Shown in pieces: positions 38,001 to 53,600 of a stretch of 64,000 nucleotides of DNA; the stretch's first letter is position 1, and each line of letters opens with the position of its first letter. The stretch spans positions 18,786,001 to 18,850,000 of the forward strand of contig OZ059899.1 of assembly GCA_964057225.1 (NCBI GenBank). The letters run 5' to 3'. The translations under genes and the position numbers were made by a program. The notes under the pieces are model-generated. The model saw only the letters and a list, made by a program, of their open reading frames with translations. It ran no database searches and was not told the origin of the DNA. This DNA comes from Auanema rhodensis (taxonomy: Eukaryota; Animalia; Nematoda).

Positions 38001-41000
38001 TTTCCAAGGCAAAGACGATGGACAATGTTATTCAACGAAAAAATTAATTCTGCAGGGTGAAAATCGAGGATATAAGTGTAAACTTATATCAGTTGATATC
38101 TCGGTGCATTTTTAAGCTAGCGCAAATCTGATAACACAGATCGACGCAGCTTAAAAATCCGCATCGAATGCACTATACAACATTGAGAAACGCTTAATAC
38201 AAAAATTAGTTATGATCGTTTGAAAAATGATGCATTAGTGTATGTTGAGTTTCCATGTACACTCAACATTGCTTCCAAAAACATTTTGACAAAAATTTTT
38301 CCGAAAAATTTCAAAATAATTTTGCAAAAAGTAGATGTTTTTAGATTCCTTTTTTCAAGGCAAAGACAATGGACAATGTTATTCAACGAAAAAAGTAATT
38401 CTCCAGGGTGAAAATCGAGGATGTAAGTGTGAACTTATATCAGTTGATATCTCGGTGCATTTTTAAGCTAGCGCAAATCTGATAACACAGATCGACGCAG
38501 CGTAAAAATCCGCATCGAATGCACTATACAACATTGAGAAACGCTTAATACAAAAATTAGTTATGATCGTTTGAAAAATGATGCATTAGTGTATGTTGAG
38601 TTTCCATGTACACTCAACATTGCTTCCAAAAACATTTTGACAAAAATTTTTCCGAAAAATTTCAAAATAATTTCGCAAAAAGTAGATGTTTTTAAATTCC
38701 TTTTTTCAAGGCAAAAACGATGGACAATGTTATTCAACGAAAAAATTAATTCTCCAGGGTGAAAATCGAGGATGTAAGTGTTAACTTATATCAGTTGATA
38801 TCTCGGTGCATTTTCAAGCTAGCGCAAATCTGATAACACAGATCGACGCAGCTTAAAATCCCGCATCGAATGCACTATACAACATTGAGAAACGCTTAAT
38901 ACAAAAATTAGTTATGATCGTTTGAAAAATGATGCATTAGTGTATGTTGAGTTTCCATGTACACTCAACATTGCTTCCAAAAACATTTTTACAAAAATTT
39001 TTCCGAAAAATTTCGAAACAATTTCGCAAAAAGTAGATGTTTTTAGATTCCTTTTTTCAAGGCAAAGACGATGGACATTGTTATTCAACGAAAAAATTAA
39101 TTCTGCAGGGTGAAAATCGAGGATATAAGTGTGAACTTATATCAGTTGATATCTCGGTGCATTTTTAAGCTAGCGCAAATCTGATAACACAGATCGACGC
39201 AGCTTAAAAATCCGCATCGAATGCACTATACAACATTGAGAAACGCTTAATACAAAAATTATTTATGATCGTTTGAAAAATGATGCATTAGTGTATGTTG
39301 AGTTTCCATGTACACTCAACATTGCTTCCAAAAACATTTTGACAAAAATTTTTCCGAAAAATTTCAAAATAATTTTGCAAAAAGTAGATGTTTTTAGATT
39401 CCTTTTTTCAAGGCAAAGACGATGGACAATGTTATTCAACGAAAAAATTAATTCTCCAGGGTGAAAATCGAGGATGTAAGTGTGAACTTATATCAGTTGA
39501 TATCTCGGTGCATTTTTAAGCTAGCGCAAATCTGATAACACAGATCGACGCAGCTTAAAAATCCGCATCGAATGCACTAAACAACATTGAGAAACGCTTA
39601 ATACAAAAATTAGTTATGATCGTTTGAAAAATGATGCATTAGTGTATGTTGAGTTTCCATGTACACTTAACATTGCTTCCAAAAACATTTTTACAAAAAT
39701 TTTTCCGGAAAATTTCGAAACAATTTCGCAAAAAGTAGATGTTTTTAGATTCCTTTTTTCAAGGCAAAGACGATGGACAATGTTATTCAACGAAAAAATT
39801 AATTCTGCAGGGTGAAAATCGAGGATATAAGTGTGAACTTATATCAGTTGATATCTCGGTGCATTTTTAAGCTAGCGCAAATCTGATAAAACAGATCGAC
39901 GCAGCTTAAAAATCCGCATCGAATGCACTATACAACATTGAGAAACGCTTAATACAAAAATTAGTTATGATCGTTTGAAAAATGATGCATTAGTGTATGT
40001 TGAGTTTCCATGTACACTCAACATTGCTTCCAAAAACATTTTTACAAAAATTTTTCCGAAAAATTTCGAAACATTTTCGCAAAAAGTAGATGTTTTTAGA
40101 TTCCTTTTTTCAAGGCAAAGACGATGGACATTGTTATTCAACGAAAAAATTAATTCTGCAGGGTGAAAATCGAGGATATAAGTGTGAACTTATATCAGTT
40201 GATATCTCGGTGCATTTTTAAGCTAGCGCAAATCTGATAACACAGATCGTCGCAGCTTAAAAATCCGCATCGAATGCACTATACAACATTGAGAAACGCT
40301 TAATACAAAAATTAGTTATGATCGTTTGAAAAATGATGCATTAGTGTATGTTGAGTTTCCATGTACACTCAACATTGCTTCCAAAAACATTTTGACAAAA
40401 ATTTTTCCGAAAAATTTCAAAATAATTTCGCAAAAAGTAGATGTTTTTAAATTCCTTTTTTCAAGGCAAAAACGATGGACAATGTTATTCAACGAAAAAA
40501 TTAATTCTCCAGGGTGAAAATCGAGGATGTAAGTGTGAACTTATATCAGTTGATATCTCGGTGCATTTTCAAGCTAGCGCAAATCTGATAACACAGATCG
40601 ACGCAGCTTAAAAATCCGCATCGAATGCACTAAACAACATTGAGAAACGCTTAATACAAAAATTAGTTATGATCGTTTGAAAAATGATGCATTAGTGTAT
40701 GTTGAGTTTCCATGTACACTCAACATTGCTTCCAAAAACATTTTGACAAAAATTTTTCCGAAAAATTTCAAAATAATTTTGCAAAAAGTAGATGTTTTTA
40801 GATTCCTTTTTTCAAGGCAAAGACGATGGACAATGTTATTCAACGAAAAAATTAATTCTCCAGGGTGAAAATCGAGGATGTAAGTGTGAACTTATATCAG
40901 TTGATATCTCGGTGCATTTTTAAGCTAGCGCAAATCTGATAAAACAGATCGACGCAGCTTAAAAATCCGCATCGAATGCACTATACAACATTGAGAAACG

Positions 41001-44000
41001 CTTAATACAAAAATTAGTTATGATCGTTTGAAAAATGATGCATTAGTGTATGTTGAGTTTCCATGTACACTCAACATTGCTTCCAAAAACATTTTGACAA
41101 AAATTTTTCCGAAAAATTTCAAAATAATTTTGCAAAAAGTAGATGTTTTTAGATTCCTTTTTTCAAGGCAAAGACGATGGACAATGTTATTCAACGAAAA
41201 AATTAATTCTCCAGGGTGAAAATCGAGGATGTAAGTGTGAACTTATATCAGTTGATATCTCGGTGCATTTTTAAGCTAGCGCAAATCTGATAACACAGAT
41301 CGACGCAGCTTAAAAATCCGCATCGAATGCACTAAACAACATTGAGAAACGCTTAATACAAAAATTAGTTATGATCGTTTGAAAAATGATGCATTAGTGT
41401 ATGTTGAGTTTCCATGTACACTTAACATTGCTTCCAAAAACATTTTTACAAAAATTTTTCCGGAAAATTTCGAAACAATTTCGCAAAAAGTAGATGTTTT
41501 TAGATTCCTTTTTTCAAGGCAAAGACGATGGACAATGTTATTCAACGAAAAAATTAATTCTGCAGGGTGAAAATCGAGGATATAAGTGTGAACTTATATC
41601 AGTTGATATCTCGGTGCATTTTTAAGCTAGCGCAAATCTGATAACACAGATCGACGCAGCTTAAAAAGCCGCATCGAATGCACTATACAACATTGAGAAA
41701 CGCTTAATACAAAAATTAGTTATGATCGTTTGAAAAATGATGCATTAGTGTATGTTGAGTTTCCATGTACACTCAACATTGCTTCCAAAAACATTTTTAC
41801 AAAAATTTTTCCGAAAAATTTCGGAACATTTTCGCAAAAAGTAGATGTTTTTAGATTCCTTTTTTCAAGGCAAAGACGATGGACATTGTTATTCAACGGA
41901 AAAATTAATTCTGCAGGGTGAAAATCGAGGATATAAGTGTGAACTTATATCAGTTGATATCTCGGTGCATTTTTAAGCTAGCGCAAATCTGATAACACAG
42001 ATCGACGCAGCTTAAAAATCCGCATCGAATGCACTATACAACATTGAGAAACGCTTAATACAAAAATTAGTTATGATCGTTTGAAAAATGATGCATTAGT
42101 GTATGTTGAGTTTCCATGTACACTCAACATTGCTTCCAAAAACATTTTGACAAAAATTTTTCCGAAAAATTTCAAAATAATTTCGCAAAAAGTAGATGTT
42201 TTTAAATTCCTTTTTTCAAGGCAAAAACGATGGACAATGTTATTCAACGAAAAAATTAATTCTCCAGGGTGAAAATCGAGGATGTAAGTGTGAACTTATA
42301 TCAGTTGATATCTCGGTGCATTTTCAAGCTAGCGCAAATCTGATAACACAGATCGACGCAGCTTAAAAAGCCGCATCGAATGCACTATACAACATTGAGA
42401 AACGCTTAATACGAAAATTAGTTATGATCGTTTGAAAAATGATGCATTAGTGTATGTTGAGTTTCCATGTACACTCAACATTGCTTCCAAAAACATTTTT
42501 ACAAAAATTTTTCCGAAAAATTTCGAAACATTTTCGCAAAAAGTAGATGTTTTTAGATTCCTTTTTTCAAGGCAAAGACGATGGACAATGTTATTCAATG
42601 AAAAAATTAATTCTGCAGGGTGAAAATCGAGGATATAAGTGTGAACTTATATCAGTTGATATCTCGGTGCATTTTTAAGCTAGCGCAAATCTGATAACAC
42701 AGATCGTCGCAGCTTAAAAATCCGCATCGAATGCACTATACAACATTGAGAAACGCTTAATACAAAAATTAGTTATGATCGTTTGAAAAATGATGCATTA
42801 GTGTATGTTGAGTTTCCATGTACACTCAACATTGCTTCCAAAAACATTTTGACAAAAATTTTTCCGAAAAATTTCAAAATAATTTCGCAAAAAGTAGATG
42901 TTTTTAAATTCCTTTTTTCAAGGCAAAAACGATGGACAATGTTATTCAACGAAAAAATTAATTCTCCAGGGTGAAAATCGAGGATGTAAGTGTGAACTTA
43001 TATCAGTTGATATCTCGGTGCATTTTTAAGCTAGCGCAAATCTGATAACACAGATCGACGCAGCTTAAAAATCCGCATCGAATGCACTAAACAACATTGA
43101 GAAACGCTTAATACAAAAATTAGTTATGATCATTTGAAAAATGATGCATTAGTGTATGTTGAGTTTCCATGTACACTCAACATTGCTTCCAAAAACATTT
43201 TGACAAAAATTTTTCCGAAAAATTTCAGAATAATTTTGCAAAAAGTAGATGTTTTTAGATTCCTTTTTTCAAGGCAAAGACGATGGACAATGTTATTCAA
43301 CGAAAAAATTAATTCTCCAGGGTGAAAATCGAGGATGTAAGTGTGAACTTATATCAGTTGATATCTCGGTGCATTTTTAAGCTAGCGCAAATCTGATAAC
43401 ACAGATCGACGCAGCTTAAAAATCCGCATCGAATGCACTAAACAACATTGAGAAACGCTTAATACAAAAATTAGTTATGATCGTTTGAAAAATGATGCAT
43501 TAGTGTATGTTGAGTTTCCATGTACACTCAACATTGCTTCCAAAAACATTTTTACAAAAATTTTTCCGGAAAATTTCGAAACAATTTCGCAAAAAGTAGA
43601 TGTTTTTAGATTCCTTTTTTCAAGGCAAAGACGATGGACAATGTTATTCAACGAAAAAATTAATTCTGCAGGGTGAAAATCGAGGATATAAGTGTGAACT
43701 TATATCAGTTGATATCTCGGTGCATTTTTAAGCTAGCGCAAATCTGATAACACAGATCGACGCAGCTTAAAAAGCCGCATCGAATGCACTATACAACATT
43801 GAGAAACGCTTAATACAAAAATTAGTTATGATCGTTTGAAAAATGATGCATTAGTGTATGTTGAGTTTCCATGTACACTCAACATTGCTTCCAAAAACAT
43901 TTTGACAAAAATTTTTCCGAAAAATTTCAAAATAATTTCGCAAAAAGTAGATGTTTTTAAATTCCTTTTTTCAAGGCAAAAACGATGGACAATGTTATTC

Positions 44001-45239
44001 AACGAAAAAATTAATTCTCCAGGGTGAAAATCGAGGATGTAAGTGTGAACTTATATCAGTTGATATCTCGGTGCATTTTCAAGCTAGCGCAAATCTGATA
44101 ACACAGATCGACGCAGCTTAAAAATCCGCATCGAATGCACTATACAACATTGAGAAACGCTTAATACAAAAATTAGTTATGATCGTTTGAAAAATGATGC
44201 ATTAGTGTATGTTGAGTTTCCATGTACACTCAACATTGCTTCCAAAAACATTTTTACAAAAATTTTTCCGGAAAATTTCGAAACAATTTCGCAAAAAGTA
44301 GATGTTTTTAGATTCCTTTTTCCAAGGCAAAGACGATGGACAATGTTATTCAACGAAAAAATTAATTCTGCAGGGTGAAAATCGAGGATATAAGTGTAAA
44401 CTTATATCAGTTGATATCTCGGTGCATTTTTAAGCTAGCGCAAATCTGATAACACAGATCGACGCAGCTTAAAAAGCCGCATCGAATGCACTATACAACA
44501 TTGAGAAACGCTTAATACAAAAATTAGTTATGATCGTTTGAAAAATGATGCATTAGTGTATGTTGAGTTTCCATGTACACTCAACATTGCTTCCAAAAAC
44601 ATTTTGACAAAAATTTTTCCGAAAAATTTCAAAATAATTTCGCAAAAAGTAGATGTTTTTAAATTCCTTTTTTCAAGGCAAAAACGATGGACAATGTTAT
44701 TCAACGAAAAAATTAATTCTCCAGGGTGAAAATCGAGGATGTAAGTGTTAACTTATATCAGTTGATATCTCGGTGCATTTTCAAGCTAGCGCAAATCTGA
44801 TAACACAGATCGACGCAGCTTAAAATCCCGCATCGAATGCACTATACAACATTGAGAAACGCTTAATACAAAAATTAGTTATGATCGTTTGAAAAATGAT
44901 GCATTAGTGTATGTTGAGTTTCCATGTACACTCAACATTGCTTCCAAAAACATTTTTACAAAAATTTTTCCGAAAAATTTCGAAACAATTTCGCAAAAAG
45001 TAGATGTTTTTAGATTCCTTTTTTCAAGGCAAAGACGATGGACATTGTTATTCAACGAAAAAATTAATTCTGCAGGGTGAAAATCGAGGATATAAGTGTG
45101 AACTTATATCAGTTGATATCTCGGTGCATTTTTAAGCTAGCGCAAATCTGATAACACAGATCGACGCAGCTTAAAAATCCGCATCGAATGCACTATACAA
45201 CATTGAGAAACGCTTAATACAAAAATTATTTATGATCGT
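29094..45239. repeat. Nested higher-order repeat region (pentamer-derived; ~10/11-mer and ~17/18-mer duplications)
   Basis: Rare marker units at 31551/35412/41730 and 32955/36816/43134 share spacings of 3861 (11 units) and 6318 (18 units). Confidence 0.85.
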
Positions 45240-47696
45240 TTGAAAAATGATGCATTAGTGTATGTTGAGTTTCCATGTACACTCAACATTGCTTCCAAAA
45301 ACATTTTGACAAAAATTTTTCCGAAAAATTTCAAAATAATTTTGCAAAAAGTAGATGTTTTTAGATTCCTTTTTTCAAGGCGAAGACGATGGACAATGTT
45401 ATTCAACAAAAAAATTAATTCTGCAGGGTGAAAATCGAGGATATAAGTGTGAACTTATATCAGTTGATATCTCGGTGCATTTTTAAGCTAGCGCAAATCT
45501 GATAACACAGATCGACGCAGCTTAAAAATCTGCATCGAATGCACTATACAACATTGAGAAACGCTTAATACAAAAATTAGTTATGATCGTTTGAAAAATG
45601 ATGCATTAGTGTATGTTGAGTTTCCATGTACACTCAACATTGCTTCCAAAAACATTTTGACAAAAATTTTTCCGAAAAATTTCAAAATAATTTTGCAAAA
45701 AGTAGATGTTTTTAGATTCCTTTTTTCAAGGCAAAGACGATGGACAATGTTATTCAACGAAAAAATTAATTCTCCAGGGTGAAAATCGAGGATGTAAGTG
45801 TGAAGTTATATCAGTTGATATCTCGGTGCATTTTTAAGCTAGCGCAAATCTGATAACACAGATCGACGCAGCTTAAACATCCGCATCGAATGCACTATAC
45901 AACATTGAGAAACGCTTAATACAAAAATTAGTTATGATCGTTTGAAAAATGATGCATTAGTGTATGTTGAGTTTCCATGTACACTCAACATTGCTTCCAA
46001 AAACATTTTGACAAAAATTTTTCCGAAAAATTTCAAAATAATTTTGCAAAAAGTAGATGTTTTTAGATTCCTTTTTTCAAGGCAAAGACGATGGACATTG
46101 TTATTCAACGAAAAAATTAATTCTGCAGGGTGAAAATCGAGGATATAAGTGTGAACTTATATCAGTTGATATCTCGGTGCATTTTCAAGCTAGCGCAAAT
46201 CTGATAACACAGATCGACGCAGCTTAAAAATCCGCATCGAATGCACTATACAACATTGAGAAACGCTTAATACAAAAATTAGTTATGATCGTTTGAAAAA
46301 TGATGCATTAGTGTATGTTGAGTTTCCATGTACACTCAACATTGCTTCCAAAAACATTTTGACAAAAATTTTTCCGAAAAATTTCAAAATAATTTTGCAA
46401 AAAGTAGATGTTTTTAGATTCCTTTTTTCAAGGCAAAGACGATGGACAATGTTATTCAACGAAAAAATTAATTCTCCAGGGTGAAAATCGAGGATGTAAG
46501 TGTGAACTTATATCAGTTGATATCTCGGTGCATTTTCAAGCTAGCGCAAATCTGATAACACAGATCGACGCAGCTTAAAAATCCGCATCGAATGCACTAT
46601 ACAACATTGAGAAACGCTTAATACAAAAATTAGTTATGATCGTTTGAAAAATGATGCATTAGTGTATGTTGAGTTTTCATGTACACTCAACATTGCTTCC
46701 AAAAACATTTTGACAAAAATTTTTCCGAAAAATTTCAAAATAATTTTGCAAAAAGTAGATGTTTTTAGATTCCTTTTTTCAAGGCAAAGACGATGGACAA
46801 TGTTATTCAACAAAAAAATTAATTCTGCAGGGTGAAAATCGAGGATATAAGTGTGAACTTATATCAGTTGATATCTCGGTGCATTTTTAAGCTAGCGCAA
46901 ATCTGATAACACAGATCGACGCAGCTTAAAAATCCGCATCGAATGCACTATACAACATTGAGAAACGCTTAATACAAAAATTAGTTATGATCGTTTGAAA
47001 AATGATGCATTAGTGTATGTTTAGTTTCCATGTACACTCAACATTGCTTCCAAAAACATTTTGACAAAAATTTTTCCGAAAAATTTCAAAATAATTTTGC
47101 AAAAAGTAGATGTTTTTAGATTCCTTTTTTCAAGGCAAAGACGATGGACAATGTTATTCAACGAAAAAATTAATTCTCCAGGGTGAAAATCGAGGATGTA
47201 AGTGTGAAGTTATATCAGTTGATATCTCGGTGCATTTTTAAGCTAGCGCAAATCTGATAACACAGATCGACGCAGCTTAAACATCCGCATCGAATGCACT
47301 ATACAACATTGAGAAACGCTTAATACAAAAATTAGTTATGATCGTTTGAAAAATGATGCATTAGTGTATGTTGAGTTTCCATGTACACTCAACATTGCTT
47401 CCAAAAACATTTTTACAAAAATTTTTCCGAAAATTTTCGAAACAATTTCGCAAAAAGTAGATGTTTTTAGATTCCTTTTTTCAAGGCAAAGACGATGGAC
47501 AATGTTATTCAACGAAAAAATTAATTCTCCAGGGTGAAAATCGAGGATGTAAGTGTGAACTTATATCAGTTGATATCTCGGTGCATTTTCAAGCTAGCGC
47601 AAATCTGATAACACAGATCGACGCAGCTTAAAAATCCGCATCGAATGCACTATACAACATTGAGAAACGCTTAATACAAAAATTAGTTATGATCGT

Positions 47697-50600
47697 TTGA
47701 AAAATGATGCATTAGTGTATGTTGAGTTTCCATGTACACTCAACATTGCTTCCAAAAACATTTTGACAAAAATTTTTCCGAAAAATTTCAAAATAATTTT
47801 GCAAAAAGTAGATGTTTTTAGATTCCTTTTTTCAAGGCAAAGACGATGGACAATGTTATTCAACGAAAAAATTAATTCTCCAGGGTGAAAATCGAGGATG
47901 TAAGTGTGAACTTATATCAGTTGATATCTCGGTGCATTTTAAAGATAGCGCAAATCTGATAACACAGATCGACGCAGATTGAAAATCCGCATCGAATGCA
48001 CTATACTACATTAAGAAACGCTTGATACAAAAATTAGTTATGATCGTTTGAAAAATGATGCATTAGTGTATGTTGAGTTTCCATGTACACTCAACATTGC
48101 TTCCAAAAACATTTTGACAAAAATTTTTCCGAAAAATTTCAAAATAATTTTGCAAAAAGTAGATGTTTTTAGATTCCTTTTTTCAAGGCAAAGACGATGG
48201 ACAATGTTATTCAACGAAAAAATTAATTCTCCAGGGTGAAAATCGAGGATGTAAGTGTGAACTTATATCAGTTGATATCTCGGTGCATTTTTAAGCTAGC
48301 GCAAATCTGATAACACAGATCGACGCAGCTTAAACATCCGCATCGAATGCACTATACAACATTGAGAAACGCTTAATACAAAAATTAGTTATGATCGTTT
48401 GAAAAATGATGCATTAGTGTATGTTGAGTTTCCATGTACACTCAACATTGCTTACAAAAACATTTTTACAAAAATTTTTCCGAAAATTTTCGAAACAATT
48501 TCGCAAAAAGTAGATGTTTTTAGATTCCTTTTTTCAAGGCAAAGACGATGGACATTGTTATTCAACGAAAAAATTAATTCTGCAGGGTGAAAATCGAGGA
48601 TATAAGTGTGAACTTATATCAGTTGATATCTCGGTGCATTTTCAAGCTAGCGCAAATCTGATAACACAGATCGACGCAGCTTAAAAATCCGCATCGAATG
48701 CACTATACAACATTGAGAAACGCTTAATACAAAAATTAGTTATGATCGTTTGAAAAATGATGCATTAGTGTATGTTGAGTTTCCATGTACACTCAACATT
48801 GCTTCCAAAAACATTTTGACAAAAATTTTTCCGAAAAATTTCAAAATAATTTTGCAAAAAGTAGATGTTTTTAGATTCCTTTTTTCAAGGCAAAGACGAT
48901 GGACAATGTTATTCAACGAAAAAATTAATTCTCCAGGGTGAAAATCGAGGATGTAAGTGTGAACTTATATCAGTTGATATCTCGGTGCATTTTCAAGCTA
49001 GCGCAAATCTGATAACACAGATCGACGCAGCTTAAAAATCCGCATCGAATGCACTATACAACATTGAGAAACGCTTAATACAAAAATTAGTTATGATCGT
49101 TTGAAAAATGATGCATTAGTGTATGTTGAGTTTCCATGTACACTCAACATTGCTTCCAAAAACATTTTGACAAAAATTTTTCCGAAAAATTTCAAAATAA
49201 TTTTGCAAAAAGTAGATGTTTTTAGATTCCTTTTTTCAAGGCAAAGACGATGGACAATGTTATTCAACGAAAAAATTAATTCTCCAGGGTGAAAATCGAG
49301 GATGTAAGTGTGAACTTATATCAGTTGATATCTCGGTGCATTTTAAAGATAGCGCAAATCTGATAACACAGATCGACGCAGATTGAAAATCCGCATCGAA
49401 TGCACTATACTACATTAAGAAACGCTTGATACAAAAATTAGTTATGATCGTTTGAAAAATGATGCATTAGTGTATGTTGAGTTTCCATGTACACTCAACA
49501 TTGCTTCCAAAAACATTTTGACAAAAATTTTTCCGAAAAATTTCAAAATAATTTTGCAAAAAGTAGATGTTTTTAGATTCCTTTTTTCAAGGCAAAGACG
49601 ATGGACAATGTTATTCAACGAAAAAATTAATTCTCCAGGGTGAAAATCGAGGATGTAAGTGTGAACTTATATCAGTTGATATCTCGGTGCATTTTTAAGC
49701 TAGCGCAAATCTGATAACACAGATCGACGCAGCTTAAACATCCGCATCGAATGCACTATACAACATTGAGAAACGCTTAATACAAAAATTAGTTATGATC
49801 GTTTGAAAAATGATGCATTAGTGTATGTTGAGTTTCCATGTACACTCAACATTGCTTACAAAAACATTTTTACAAAAATTTTTCCGAAAATTTTCGAAAC
49901 AATTTCGCAAAAAGTAGATGTTTTTAGATTCCTTTTTTCAAGGCAAAGACGATGGACATTGTTATTCAACGAAAAAATTAATTCTGCAGGGTGAAAATCG
50001 AGGATATAAGTGTGAACTTATATCAGTTGATATCTCGGTGCATTTTCAAGCTAGCGCAAATCTGATAACACAGATCGACGCAGCTTAAAAATCCGCATCG
50101 AATGCACTATACAAAATTGAGAAACGCTTAATACAAAAATTAGTTATGATCGTTTGAAAAATGATGCATTAGTGTATGTTGAGTTTCCATGTACACTCAA
50201 CATTGCTTCCAAAAACATTTTGACAAAAATTTTTCCGAAAAATTTCAAAATAATTTTGCAAAAAGTAGATGTTTTTAGATTCCTTTTTTCAAGGCAAAGA
50301 CGATGGACAATGTTATTCAACGAAAAAATTAATTCTCCAGGGTGAAAATCGAGGATGTAAGTGTGAACTTATATCAGTTGATATCTCGGTGCATTTTAAA
50401 GATAGCGCAAATCTGATAACACAGATCGACGCAGATTGAAAATCCGCATCGAATGCACTATACTACATTGAGAAACGCTTAATACAAAAATTAGTTATGA
50501 TCGTTTGAAAAATGATGCATTAGTGTATGTTGAGTTTCCATGTACACTCAACATTGCTTCCAAAAACATTTTGACAAAAATTTTTCCGAAAAATTTCAAA

Positions 50601-53600
50601 ATAATTTTGCAAAAAGTAGATGTTTTTAGATTCCTTTTTTCAAGGCAAAGACGATGGACAATGTTATTCAACGAAAAAATTAATTCTCCAGGGTGAAAAT
50701 CGAGGATGTAAGTGTGAACTTATATCAGTTGATATCTCGGTGCATTTTTAAGCTAGCGCAAATCTGATAACACAGATCGACGCAGCTTAAACATCCGCAT
50801 CGAATGCACTATACAACATTGAGAAACGCTTAATACAAAAATTAGTTATGATCGTTTGAAAAATGATGCATTAGTGTATGTTGAGTTTCCATGTACACTC
50901 AACATTGCTTCCAAAAACATTTTTACAAAAATTTTTCCGAAAATTTTCGAAACAATTTCGCAAAAAGTAGATGTTTTTAGATTCCTTTTTTCAAGGCAAA
51001 GACGATGGACATTGTTATTCAACGAAAAAATTAATTCTGCAGGGTGAAAATCGAGGATATAAGTGTGAACTTATATCAGTTGATATCTCGGTGCATTTTC
51101 AAGCTAGCGCAAATCTGATAACACAGATCGACGCAGCTTAAAAATCCGCATCGAATGCACTATACAACATTGAGAAACGCTTAATACAAAAAATAGTTAT
51201 GATCGTTTGAAAAATGATGCATTAGTGTATGTTGAGTTTCCATGTACACTCAACATTGCTTCCAAAAACATTTTGACAAAAATTTTTCCGGAAAATTTCG
51301 AAACAATTTCGCAAAAAGTAGATGTTTTTAGATTCCTGTTTCCAAGGCAAAGACGATGGACAATGTTATTCAACGAAAAAATTAATTCTCCAGGGTGAAA
51401 ATCGAGGATGCAAGTGTGAACTTATATCAGTTGATATCTCGGTGCATTTTCAAGCTAGCGCAAATCTGATAACACAGATCGACGCAGCTTAAAAATCCGC
51501 ATCGAATGCACTATACAACATTGAGAAACGCTTAATACAAAAATTAGTTATGATCGTTTGAAAAATGATGCATTAGTGTATGTTGAGTTTCCATGTACAC
51601 TCAACATTGCTTCCAAAAACATTTTGACAAAAATTTTTCCGAAAAATTTCAAAATAATTTTGCAAAAAGTAGATGTTTTTAGATTCCTTTTTTCAAGGCA
51701 AAGACGATGGACAATGTTATTCAACGAAAAAATTAATTCTCCAGGGTGAAAATCGAGGATGTAAGTGTGAACTTATATCAGTTGATATCTCGGTGCATTT
51801 TAAAGATAGCGCAAATCTGATAACACAGATCGACGCAGATTGAAAATCCGCATCGAATGCACTATACTACATTGAGAAACGCTTAATACAAAAATTAGTT
51901 ATGATCGTTTGAAAAATGATGCATTAGTGTATGTTGAGTTTCCATGTACACTCAACATTGCTTCCAAAAACATTTTGACAAAAATTTTTCCGAAAAATTT
52001 CAAAATAATTTTGCAAAAAGTAGATGTTTTTAGATTCCTTTTTTCAAGGCAAAGACGATGGACAATGTTATTCAACGAAAAAATTAATTCTCCAGGGTGA
52101 AAATCGAGGATGTAAGTGTGAACTTATATCAGTTGATATCTCGGTGCATTTTTAAGCTAGCGCAAATCTGATAACACAGATCGACGCAGCTTAAACATCC
52201 GCATCGAATGCACTATACAACATTGAGAAACGCTTAATACAAAAATTAGTTATGATCGTTTGAAAAATGATGCATTAGTGTATGTTGAGTTTCCATGTAC
52301 ACTCAACATTGCTTCCAAAAACATTTTTACAAAAATTTTTCCGAAAATTTTCGAAACAATTTCGCAAAAAGTAGATGTTTTTAGATTCCTTTTTTCAAGG
52401 CAAAGACGATGGACATTGTTATTCAACGAAAAAATTAATTCTGCAGGGTGAAAATCGAGGATATAAGTGTGAACTTATATCAGTTGATATCTCGGTGCAT
52501 TTTCAAGCTAGCGCAAATCTGATAACACAGATCGACGCAGCTTAAAAATCCGCATCGAATGCACTATACAACATTGAGAAACGCTTAATACAAAAATTAG
52601 TTATGATCGTTTGAAAAATGATGCATTAGTGTATGTTGAGTTTCCATGTACACTCAACATTGCTTCCAAAAACATTTTGACAAAAATTTTTCCGAAAAAT
52701 TTCAAAATAATTTTGCAAAAAGTAGATGTTTTTAGATTCCTTCTTTCAAGGCAAAGACGATGGACAATGTTATTCAACGAAAAAATTAATTCTCCAGGGT
52801 GAAAATCGAGGATGTAAGTGTGAACTTATATCAGTTGATATCTCGGTGCATTTTTAAGCTAGCGCAAATCTGATAACACAGATCGACGCAGCTTAAACAT
52901 CCGCATCGAATGCACTATACAACATTGAGAAACGCTTAATACAAAAATTAGTTATGATCGTTTGAAAAATGATGCATTAGTGTATGTTGAGTTTCCATGT
53001 ACACTCAACATTGCTTCCAAAAACATTTTTACAAAAATTTTTCCGAAAATTTTCGAAACAATTTCGCAAAAAGTAGATGTTTTTAGATTCCTTTTTTCAA
53101 GGCAAAGACGATGGACATTGTTATTCAACGAAAAAATTAATTCTGCAGGGTGAAAATCGAGGATATAAGTGTGAACTTATATCAGTTGATATCTCGGTGC
53201 ATTTTCAAGCTAGCGCAAATCTGATAACACAGATCGACGCAGCTTAAAAATCCGCATCGAATGCACTATACAACATTGAGAAACGCTTAATACAAAAATT
53301 AGTTATGATCGTTTGAAAAATGATGCATTAGTGTATGTTGAGTTTCCATGTACACTCAACATTGCTTCCAAAAACATTTTGACAAAAATTTTTCCGGAAA
53401 ATTTCGAAACAATTTCGCAAAAAGTAGATGTTTTTAGATTCCTTTTTCCAAGGCAAAGACGATGGACAATGTTATTCAACGAAAAAATTAATTCTCCAGG
53501 GTGAAAATCGAGGATGCAAGTGTGAACTTATATCAGTTGATATCTCGGTGCATTTTCAAGCTAGCGCAAATCTGATAACACAGATCGACGCAGCTTAAAA

